This document shows, piece after piece, positions 34,889 to 46,124 of a stretch of 64,000 bases of DNA. Under the pieces are notes generated by a model. The model was given only the letters and a program-made list of their open reading frames with translations, was not told the origin of the DNA and searched no databases. The position numbers and the translations under genes are program-made. The stretch spans positions 66,712,001 to 66,776,000 of the forward strand of contig NC_043010.1 of NCBI RefSeq assembly GCF_006345805.1, in the 5' to 3' direction. The DNA is from Octopus sinensis (Eukaryota). Numbering within the stretch: position 1 is the stretch's first letter; the number at the start of each line of letters is the position of its first letter.

Positions 34889-37400
34889 AATATGTCTCTG
34901 CTTATCTTTTATAGAAGCTGCTTTTTCTCTTCTCTCTCTCTACTTCTCGTATTCACACACACACACACACACATATATATATGTAATTATTTACTAAAGT
35001 AGTACTTAATTCGAAAAGCACAACGCGAAACATGGGAGTTGTAACGATGGAAAAAAGCTCGCAGGCTTAATTGTTTATTTATATATATATATATATATAT
35101 AATATTTGTATGTTAATTACAACAGATAGGAGTGGTAGAAAAAAAAAATAATAGACTGATAAGGATCGAATTAAAATTCGTAGACACTACAATACACACT
35201 TGTAGACCCTTGCTTTTTACATATATATATATATGCCATATAGTATATGCATACATACATCTGCATGTATATATATATATATATGCACTTGATATAGTTA
35301 TTAGCTTACAGTCGCATATTTTATACAAAATATATTTGACATGAGTGCATCTGGAGTCGGCTTGCTCACACACACTGTCTCCCTCACTTTCTGACACCAC
35401 TTCTGTCTCTCACTTCCTTACTCTTTCTCTCATAGTCTCTCTATACATACACATACTCACACACATTATCTCTAGCTCTCTCTCTCACATACCATGTCTT
35501 ACTTTCTCATACATATGCACACACACACACTGTATCTCTCTTTTCCTTACTTTTTCTCACAGTCTCTCTATACATACACATACTCACACACATCTCTAGT
35601 TCTCTCTCTCTCACATACCATGTCTCTCTTTTTCTTATACATATACACACACTATCTTTCTTTCTCTCTCGCACACTCACGCACACACATACTCTATCTA
35701 TAGCTCTCTCACACACACACACTGTCTTTCTTTCTCTCTCTCACTTTCATACACACTCACACACATACACACACAACTATCTGTAGCTCTCTTTCTCTCC
35801 TTTCGCACACTCACTCACGCACGCACACACACACACATATACAACTATCTACAGCTCTCACTCACACACACACACAGACGTAAGATTCTCACAAAAATAA
35901 GAAACAAAAAAAAAAAGCAACAAAAATATATAAAATGAAGACGAAAAGTTAAAACGAAACAAAGAGTGCAGATTCTGGTTGGAACTGCCTGTTGACTGCC
36001 ACCATCATTGACAGTCTCTGACCCCACCTCTATAATAATATCAGATCCCCGCTTTAAAAGAGCCATGAGCTGAGGCGGCGGCACTCCTCCTCCTCGTTCT
36101 CTACAGAACTGTAAAGACCTATCATGGCCGGACATTATTCGTGTTATAACCCCGATCGAGCAACCTCAGCTCAAAAAGCATCGTTCCCCTCATGGCCATC
36201 CCGTCTTTTTAGTCTACAAGCGACGTCTAAGCTATCGTTATTCAATTTGTCGTTCTTTTTGCTATTTATTTTAGACACGGGATGCGATGTGAGGCAGATT
36301 TTGGTTGCTATGCTTAGCAGGTCGGTTAAGAGCGTAGAGGCTCCCTCATTGCCTTATGTGTGTGTGTGTGTGTGTATGTGTGTGTATCGTGGCCATCTCG
36401 TCTTGTTCCAAACGACATCCAGGATACCACAATCCAATATGTCTTACCTACTTACTTTATTATTTTTTTTTAAAACCTAGGATGCGATATGAAGAACAAC
36501 AGTTGGTTGCTATTTCTAGCAGTTCATGAAGGCTTCCTCATTGCCTTGCGTGTGTCCGTGTGTCGTAACCAACCATCTCGTCTTTATTATTTTCCAAACC
36601 ACATGCAATATATCACAATCCACCGTGTACTTCCTTCTATCTATTTTTTTTTTTAGTTCGTAAGGGAGATTTAGCTGCTGTTTTTAGCAGGTCAAGCAAC
36701 CATATAGAAGCGTCCTCATTGCCCTGTGTGTGTGTGTGTGTTTGTCTGTGTGTCCTGACCATCTCGTCTTCATTATTTTTCCTAACGACATGCAAGGTAG
36801 CACACAACACAATATATCCTTTCTCTCTCTCTATTTTTTTTTTAAGACAGTAAGATGCGATATGAGGGAGAATTAGATTTATTTGCTATTTCTATCCGGT
36901 CGATTAACTACGTAGAGGCTCCCTCATTGGGCTATGTGTGTAGTGTGTATGTGTGGTGTGTGTGTATGTGCGGGGCTAAATGGGCTGTATTACTGTTGCC
37001 ATTATGTATTACGTGTAAATTGGTGAAGAAGAGCCAACGGGGAGCTGTGGTCGCTCGATTTGCAAGAATTTGCAATCGAGCTCTCTTTGGAAATTATCTC
37101 ATAACGTCTTCAGATAAGCAACACATTACACTGTGTGACATAACTGCCGCTTATAGTACCTCCCCTCCGTCCGACGTATTTGCCTCGTATTCTCTATACG
37201 ATGCCAGATGAAATAATATGGCCAAGTGCTATATATATATATAGTGTGTGTGTGTGTGTGTGTATATATTTTTTTCTGTTATTTATTTTCAGCAAAGGTG
37301 CTATAGTTACTAGGTAGGGATGGTGAAATGTTATACTTACGATGAATTTCAAATAGCTTGGAACACACATATACACATGCGCACGCACATACACACACAC

Positions 37401-37440
<40 letters not shown>

Positions 37441-37590
37441 AATACATTTTTTACACACACACATATCCACATTTTTACATACCTTCCTTGGACGTAGGTA
37501 TATACCTGTAGATGTGCTTCAACAAATACATATGCACACACATATATATAGGTGTATGTATGATATGTATCCGTCAATCTTCTCCACCTG

Positions 37591-39105
37591 CTATTCTTGG
37601 AAGAGTTTTTGGGACAGGGACCTCAGGCACCTCCTCCATAGGATCCAATCAGAAGCAACTGCCATTAAATTCTTCCAACTGGGTTCCTGAGTGCAACCAA
37701 GTGAGACTACAGATATTATCCACCCCTCTCTCATTCTTGGTCTACCCCTGGGTCCCCTGCCAGTTAGCTTGGCTTGAAGAACCTGTCTTTTGATTCTTTC
37801 CTGTGGCATTCTAACTACCTTTCAATGTGGAGAAATAGTGGCTCAACTGGGAGAGACTCCTTGACCCCTGAGCTACATATCTTGTAAAGCAACAGTTGTC
37901 AACCATTTTTTACCTATGGGACTCTCTTTGATCCCTGTTTTATTTAAGTGGACTCTCATAGCCATTCGATGATTAAAAGAATATCCAATTATATTTTTAT
38001 AATTAAATATTGGGTTGTCCAGAAAGTTAGTGCCGATTTTTAAAGGAAAGAAAAAGGTCAATAAATACGTGTGATTACATTTTTAATCAACTGAATATGA
38101 ACCATTTTGTTGCACAATGCGTCTCCATCTTTCCTTCAACTTGAAATACCTATTTCTTTACTACTCACAAGGGGCTAAACACAGAGGGGACAGACAAACG
38201 GATTAAGTCGATTACATCGACCCAAGTGCATAACTGGTACTTATTTAATCGACCCCGAAAGGATGAAAGGCAAAGTCGACCTCGGAAATACCCTCTTCCC
38301 AGAATTGAAGTGGTTTCATGGCAATGAATTCATCAAGGTATCTTTTTACGTCATCCAAGGAATTGAAATTTTTACCATTAAGACTATTCTGCAGAGACCT
38401 GAATAAGTGGAAATCCAAAGGAGCAATATCTGGTGAATATGGAGGGTGGGGTAGCACATCCCAGCCGAGCTGCAGCAATTATTGTCTGGTTCCCAAAGCA
38501 ACAAGTGCCGAAAATAAACTTTATCTTCCATTTTAAAGGGTTACAGAATTAACACATGTTATAGGAACATAAACCTTCTTCCCCGAAAAGATAGCTTAAA
38601 CTGTGCTCTAAATGGAGGTGTAGTCAGATCCTATTTTATGTACTCAACCATGTTCTAAAATAAGTCAAAAGGTAGGCTACTATAAATCAGCACAAACTTT
38701 CTGGACAACCCAATATTATTAGGAATTGTATAAAACAAATCGTTAAACTATTTTCTGTATTGTAGAAATATAATCAGTTTGCTGCACATAAACTTTAGCT
38801 ACAATATCTTATGGTCCACTAAAGGTCATATGAACCCCTGTTGTGAACCATTGCTGTAGGGTAATGTTGCTCCAGAAACCTTTTGGCAGGACCCCATTTT
38901 GGTCACTTGTATTCATGATGGTTCTCTTTTGGTCATTACCAATATTCATTACCATAGGTAAGGATAGGCCCAAAACCAAATTGAAGATAGTAAGTTTGGC
39001 TTTTTTACCCACCCCTCTTCTTCTGAGGATTGACTGTGGGAGTTGGCACATTACTGTGCCAGCATCTGCGATTTCAGCATCCAGTTTAGCCGCTTGCCTC
39101 CCATC
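37591..39105 (-). mobile_element. RTE (Rex3/Expander-like) LINE fragment split into 38860-39105 and 37591-37880 by nested insertions
   Basis: Collinear degenerate translations KAKLTIF... and EPLFLHIER...MPQERI...GRGPRGRPR. Confidence 0.65.
38010..38713 (-). mobile_element. Internally deleted mariner transposon
   Basis: TIRs TTGGGTTGTCCAGAAAGTT at both ends and TA TSD. Transposase remnant GWDVLPHPPYSPDIAPLDFHLF...WRRIVQQNG, interrupted by a SINE B at 38151-38284. Confidence 0.9.
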
Positions 39106-39854
39106 GCTCGTCATCATCATCATCATTTAGCGTCCGCTTTCTATGCTAGCATGCGTTGGACGGTTCAACTGGGGTCTGGGAAGCCAGAAGGCTGCACCAG
39201 GCTCCAGTCTGATCTGGCAATGTTTCTACGGCTGGATGCCCTTCCTAACACCAACCACTCTGTGAGTGTAGTGGGTGCTTTTTACGTGCCACCGGCACAG
39301 GTGCCAGACGGGGCTGGCAAACGGCCACGGTCGGATGGTGCTTTTTACGTGCCACCGGCACGGGGGCCAGGCGAGGCTGGCAAGAAGTATCTATTTCTTT
39401 ACTACCCACAAGGGGCTAAAAACCACCTGGATGGGACGCCGGTCCATTGCGGGATTACTCATTTTTGCCAGCTGAGTGTACAGGAGCATCGTGAAATGAA
39501 GTGTTTTGCTCAAGAACACAAACGGCGCCTGGTTCAGGAATCGAAACCACAACCTTACGATCATGTGTTCAACACCCTAACCACTAAGCCATGCGCCTCC
39601 ACTTGTGAAGTATCTCAAGGTTGTATGATGCATCTCATTGTCATTGTCTTTCGTGTTCACTTTTCCATGCTTGCTTGGGTTTGGACAAAATTCACTGAGG
39701 CAGATATTCTACAGAAATGGTCTGATGCCATTCCTTCTGCCAAGTGTCATCTTCTGTTTCCAAGCAAGATGAAATTTTCCTGCAATTGGGTATATTTTCA
39801 AAGATGGGAAACAGATGTATGTTTGTGTCCTTATGAGAGCTCAAAATCTCTCGT

Positions 39855-40166
39855 GGAAGCGCCATCCAACCAAAATGCAAATGTATGGGAAACTACCACC
39901 TGTGTCATCTCTTGTGAAAGGTAGGAGAGTCCAGTTTGCTGGACATTGTTGTAGAGCTGAAAAAGAAGTAATTTCTACTCTTCTCCTCTGGAAGCCATCT
40001 ACTCGCAATACCAGAGGGCGCACACTCTCCTACCTTCATGTAATCTCCAGGGATACAGACATCCAGCAACAGGACCTCCGTAATGCCATGATGGACCGTG
40101 AAGTCTGGCGTAGCATGGTAAATTCCATTGTTTCGACCACGGTCGAACAATGATGATGATGATGAT
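39855..40166 (+). mobile_element. RTE/RTEX-like LINE 3' fragment
   Basis: GRRVQFAGHCCR...LLLWKP...RGRTLSY...MMDREVWR*, then a (TGA)n tail. Confidence 0.75.
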
Positions 40167-40628
40167 TGTAAGAGGTCAAGAAAAAGAAAGACACTAGCAC
40201 ACACACACAAGTTCATATATAATACATACCACAATCTTTCAGTTTCTGCCAACCAAATCCACTCACAAGGCTTTGGTCAGCTGGGGGCTAGAATAGAAGA
40301 CACTTGAGCAGGTGCCATGCAGTGCGACTGAACCCAAAACCACAAGCTTCATGCTTGTTCTTACACAGCCATGTACCTATATATATGTACGAGTCCAGTG
40401 GACGGTGCTGAGTTGTCAAACATTTAAACCAAATTTTCTCAAAGCATCTTGTCCAAACGTTCCATAGGCCTCCCCTTTTGAGAAACACTGATTTAACCTA
40501 AATTTGAGACACCAGCAAAAGATATATTTCGACTGATGTACTTGCACGTTCCCACGGCTTTATCGATCACATTCTCACCTGGAATTGATTTTTGTAATTT
40601 TTTCAAGACTTATACATGCCCTGATACC

Positions 40629-40860
40629 TATTTCTTTATTACCCACAAGGGACTAAACATAGAGGGGACAAACAAGGACAGACATAGGTATTAAGTCGAT
40701 TACATCGACCCCCAGTGCATAACTGGTACTTAATTTATCGACCCTGAAAGGATGAAAGGCAAAGTCGACCTCAGCGAAATTTGAACTCACAACGTAACGA
40801 CAGACGAAATACGGCTATGCATTTCACCCGGCGTGCTAACGTTTCTGCCAGCTCGCCACC
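40629..40860 (-). mobile_element. SINE family B with 10-bp TSD
   Basis: CCCTGATACC on both sides. Confidence 0.85.
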
Positions 40861-41137
40861 CTGATACCATTGGTATCTACATATCAAATTTGAGCGCAAT
40901 CGGATGGAGGATGCCTGAGATCCTAGAAGACACACACACACAGACAGAATAGATTTTATATAATAGATATATACAGAGTGATACTGTTTGGAGAGGAGTT
41001 CAGCTGTAGGAACCAAAGTAGATCTTGGAGCTGGCATAATGCTCTGGCTTGTCAGATCCTGTTGAACCTTCCACCCATGCCATCATGGAAGATGGACATT
41101 AAATAATGGTGATAAAGTGATAATTATAAATATGTAT

Positions 41138-41490
41138 ATCATCATCGTTTAACGTCCATTTTCCATGCTAGCATGGGTTGGACGGTTCAACTGGGGTCTG
41201 GGAAGCCAGAAGGCTGCGCCAGGCCCAGTATGATCTGGTAGTGTTTCTACAGCTGGATGCCTTTCCTAATGCCAACCACTCCGTGAGTGTAGTGGGTGCT
41301 TTTTACGTGCCACCTGCACAGGTGTCAGACGAGGCTGGCAAACGGCTACGATTGGATGGTGCTTTTTATGTGCCACCGTCATGGGAGCCAGACGAGGTTG
41401 GCAACGGCCACAATCGGATGGTGCTTTTTACGTGCCACCGGCACGGAGGCCAGTCGGGGCGGCACTGGCAACGGCCACGTTCGGATGGTA
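41138..41490 (-). mobile_element. Family C copy
   Basis: (CAT)n then the reverse complement of the family C core and three units. Confidence 0.75.
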
Positions 41491-41896
41491 TATATATATA
41501 TTATATATATATAGGCACAGGCATGGCTGTGTGGTAAGTAGCTTGCTTCCCAACCACATGGTTCCAGGATCAGTCCCACTGTGTGTCACCTTGGGCAAGT
41601 GTCATTTTCTATAGCCTCAGACTGACCAAAGCCTTGCGAGTGGATGTGGTAGACGGAAACTGAAAGAAGCCTGTCCTATATGTATGTATCTGTGTATATC
41701 TTTGTGTTTGTCCCCCCACCGTTGCTTGACAACTGATGTTGGTGTCTTTATGTCCCCATGACGAAGTGGTTTGGCAAAAGAGACCAACAGAATAAATATT
41801 AGGCTTAGAAAGAATAAGCCCTTCAATTGAAACCCTTGAAGGTGGTGCTCCAGCATGGCTGCAGTCAAATGACTGAAACAAGTAAAAAAATTAAAA

Positions 41897-41933
<37 letters not shown>

Positions 41934-41935
<2 letters not shown>

Positions 41936-42333
41936 CGCAGGAGTGGCTGTGTGGTAAGTAGCTTGCTAACCAACCTCATGGTTCCGGGTTCAGTCCCACT
42001 GCGTGGCACCTTGGGCAAGTGTCTTCTGCTATTGCCCCGGGCCGACCAATGCCTTGTGAGTGGATTTGGTAGACGGAAACTGAAAGAAGCCTGTCGTATA
42101 TATATATATATGTATGTGTGTGTTTGTGTGTCTGTGTTTGTCCCCCTAGCATTGCTTGACAACCGATGCTGGTGTGTTTACGTCCCCGTCACTTAGCAGT
42201 TTGGCAAAAAGAGACCGATAGAATAAGTACTGGGCTTATAAAGAATAAGTCCCGGGGTCGATTTGTTTGACTAAAGGCGGTGCTCCAGCATGGCCGCAGT
42301 CAAATGACTGAAACAAGTAAAAGAGTAAAGAGT
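41934..42333 (+). mobile_element. SINE family A (tandem with an older copy at 41515-41890)
   Basis: Full head, core and tail. Confidence 0.85.
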
Positions 42334-42379
42334 ATATATCACCATTTAATTTCCATGTTCCATGCTGGTATAGGTTGAA

Positions 42380-42437
<58 letters not shown>

Positions 42438-43508
42438 CATACATATGTATGTATGTATATACATACATAACATAATATATCAGTTGGTTTGGATCTTAAT
42501 GACCATGGTTATCAACTGTGTTGCCTCTACCAGTGATTCATGTCACCTGATGAAATGGCTGGTGATTTAGCATATAAAGTAATGAAAATTATGTAACATC
42601 ATATATTATGTAATGTCATGCGCAGATAAAGTAGCATGCTATTGAAACATTTGTTGCATGACTATCTTTTTACTTTCATTTATTTTACACACACACACAC
42701 ACCATCATTATCATCATCATCATCACCTTCATTGTTTTAAATGTTCACTTTTCTATGCTTGAATGTGTCAGGTCAAGTTTACTGAGGCAGATATTTTTGT
42801 ATAACCAGCTGCCCTTGCTTGTTGCTGTCACCTGTTTCCAAGCAAGGTAACGTTTCTCCATGACCAGACATGTTTTTGCAGAACATAGGAAACGAATGGC
42901 ACTGCTTGTATGACAAAGACAATCATTTAAAACCCACTATCAAGCTATGTCGTGCCAAGGAGACAAGTATACACACAGTCATACACAGATGCTGATCTGA
43001 ATCTGAATTTAAAACAACATGGTTGCAAAGCATGTTTCTTAATCACTCAGACATTCCTGCCCCTAAGACAAAGTAAATAAATAATAAAACAAAAAGCGAT
43101 TCTGGGTTCAAAATCTACAGGGGTTGATTTTGCCTTTCACTTAACCAGGGACAAGAAAATATGCTTAAACAATTCTTGCAAGTGAGAATGGCCTGGTAAC
43201 TTGTAGGCTGCATTTGCTATTTCTTTTTTAGTACCCTATGGTGCAGGAGTGGCTGTGTGGTAAGTAGCTTGCTTACCAACCACATGGTTCTGGGTTCAGT
43301 CCCACTGCGTGGCACCTTGGGCAAATGTCTTCTACTATAGCCTTAGGCCGACCAAAGCCCGTCGTATATATGTATATATATATGTGTTTGTGTGTGTGTG
43401 TTTTGTGTGCCTGTGTTTGCACCCTCCCCCAACATCGCCTGACAACTGATGCTGGTGTGTTTACGTCCCTGTAACTTAGCGGTTCGACTTGTTGATTTGG
43501 TGTAAGAT

Positions 43509-43680
43509 ATACCGTATTCTAATGTGTGTAAAGAACCCTTATGTATAAGGAACACCCCAACTTTTTGGGCTTAAAATTTGGAAAAAAAGTTTTGTAAGGG
43601 ATTATAATACTATTCATGTATAAGAAACTCTCATATTTTTAAAATCTCATTTTTGACAAAAAAAGGGTGCCTGATACTCT
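43509..43680. mobile_element. Probable Tc1/mariner-pogo MITE fragment
   Basis: TACCGTATT start with internal TGTATAAG...CACCC and AAAAAAGGGTGC motifs; second TIR not seen. Confidence 0.35.
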
Positions 43681-44310
43681 TTTACTTGTTTCAGTCATTT
43701 GACTGTGGCCATGCTGGAGCACCGCCTTTTAGTCGATCAAATCGACGCCAGGACTTATTCTTTGTAAGCCTAGTACTTATTCTATTGGTCTTTTTTGCCA
43801 AACTGCTAATTTATGGGAATGTAAACCCACCAGCATCAGTTGTCAAGCGATGTTGTGGGGACAAACACACACACACACATATACATATATACGTTGGGCT
43901 TCTTTCAGTTTCCGTCTACCAGATCCACTCACAAGGCTTTGGTCGACCCGAGGCCATAGTACAAGACACTTGCCGTGGACTGGAGTTGCTGTACTTGACT
44001 ATCTCCCCCAAATTTCAGACCTTGTGTCTATAGTAGAAATGATTATTATTATTAAGGTGGCAGGCTGGCAGAATCGTTAGCATGCTGGACAAAATGCTTA
44101 GCAGTATTTCACCCATCTTTATGTTCTGAGTTCAAATTCCACTGAGGTCAACTTTGCCTTTCATCCTTTTGGGGTCAGTAAAATAGATACCAGTTGAAAA
44201 TTGGGGCCAATGTAATTTAACTTACCCACTCCCTTGAAATTGCTGGCCTTGTGCCTGAATTCGAAACCATTATTATTATTATTATTATTATTATTAAGAA
44301 ATAAATAGAA

Positions 44311-44720
44311 GGCGCAGGAGTGGCTGTGTGGTAAGTAGCTTGTTTACCAACCACATGGTTTCGGGTTCAGTCCCACTGCATGGCACTTTGGGCAAGTGTC
44401 TTCTACTATAGCCTCGGGCCAACCAAAGCCTTGTGAGTGGATTTGGTAGATGGAAACTGAAAGAAGCCCGTCGTATATATGTTTATATATATATATATAT
44501 GTATGTGCGTGCATGTTTGTGTGTCTGTGTTTGTCCCCCTAGCATTGCTTGACAACCGATGCTGGTGTGTTTATGTCCCCGTCACTTAGCGGTTCGGCAA
44601 AAGAGACCGATAGAATAAGTACTGGGCTTACAAAGAATAAGTCCTGGGGTCGAGTAGCTCGATTAAAAGGCGGTGCACCAGCATGGCCGCAGTCAAAATG
44701 ACTGAAACAAGTAAAAAGAG
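44311..44720 (+). mobile_element. SINE family A with TSD
   Basis: Full length, flanked by AGAAATAAATAGAA on both sides. Confidence 0.88.
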
Positions 44721-45073
44721 AAATAAATAGAAGAGTGCCATAGTTATGTGAAATTGGTTCAACGATATTTCGGCATCTAGCGTGCCTTCCACAGGTTAAA
44801 AAATTACATGTCAGTCTATTTCATTTTTTTGTTAAGATTACATAGGACCGAGGTAACTCCTCCAGAAGTTGTACACAAATAAATAGAAGAGTGCCATAGT
44901 TAACATGCAAAATTTGTTGAATATTATTATTATTCAACATTTGATAATTTCAGGCAGATTTCTACTGCATCACCTGCTACACTTCCTCCGTGTTACTGGG
45001 GTGTGTGCAGCATTGTGTCTTCTTTTTGCTGTTGGGGGAGTGCAAACTCTTCTAGGTATTATTATTATTATTA

Positions 45074-45104
<31 letters not shown>

Positions 45105-45657
45105 GAGTGAGAGAGCAGTTCATGCCATCAAAGTGACACTGGGGTAAAATATACGAAGCCCAGTATACCCATCATGACTACCCGTCTGATAAAGGTACAC
45201 TAGGCACATGCATCACAACCATATGCGCGCGACATGGTGATCTCATATCAAGATAAACAGCACATGGCCTTGCAGGTGGGGCCCAGTTAGAATTTTCTTC
45301 AGGTTGAGTAGCCCATCCCGGTCAAAAGGTCCCTGAATAAGGGTTGTTTAAGGATGTTGAAAGAACCACCCATGTTTCCAGAAGTGAATTATTCAAACCC
45401 CAAAGAATCCCTCTCAACACATGGCTATGATGCTCCCCCACTACTTCTGCTCGTGATCAGAGATGCACATATCGTCAGCCACTAAGGGACATGCTCAACT
45501 GGTTAAGGTCAAACAACTGACAAGCAAATCTATAGTATTGAACAGAATATTTGCTGTAGCCCATCTTTTATCCCGAGACAAAGCAATGTACATGATAACA
45601 CTTCCAATCAGTTAAGATCAGCAGTCATGAGAGCCACTGTCTGGTACTGCATCACGG

Positions 45658-45660
<3 letters not shown>
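45105..45660. mobile_element. Unclassified about 555-bp element embedded in (TTA)n
   Basis: A non-repetitive block bounded on both sides by long (ATT)n tracts; no ORF or TIR seen. Confidence 0.45.
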
Positions 45661-45694
<34 letters not shown>

Positions 45695-46124
45695 GGCAGC
45701 AAGCTGGCCGAATCGTTAGCGTGCTGGACGAAATGCTTAGCAGCATTTTGCCTGTCTCTAAGTCCTGAGTTCAAATTCCGCCGAGGTCAACTTTGCCTTT
45801 CATCCTTTCGGGGTCAGTAAATTAAGTACCAGTGAAACACTGGCATTGCTGTAATTGATTAACCCCCTGCCCCCAAATTTTTGGCCTTGTGCCTATGGTA
45901 GAAAGGATTATTATTATTATTATTAAATATATCTATTTTTCTCTTTGCAGGTTTTTGTTTTTACTTTTAGATCCAGAGTATGTCTGAAAATGGGTCCAAA
46001 TTCTTCAAAATGTAGTTAAAGAACTTTTACATCAGTTCTAGGACCATATTAATTCTCTGTAGTTTCTAGTGTGATGTGTAATGGAAGATTTGTCTGCAGT
46101 GACTAGTTGGAGAACGATTTTAAA

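Noticed and set aside
42545-42590. CTGATGA heptamer (also at 56039)
   Set aside because: No stem II followed by GAAA and no stem I.
45972-46124. In-frame fusion of the 34342 ATG (MPFPKA) to ZNF gene 2 via the 45970 acceptor
   Set aside because: The frame matches but contains three stop codons; a one-in-three frame match is not evidence.
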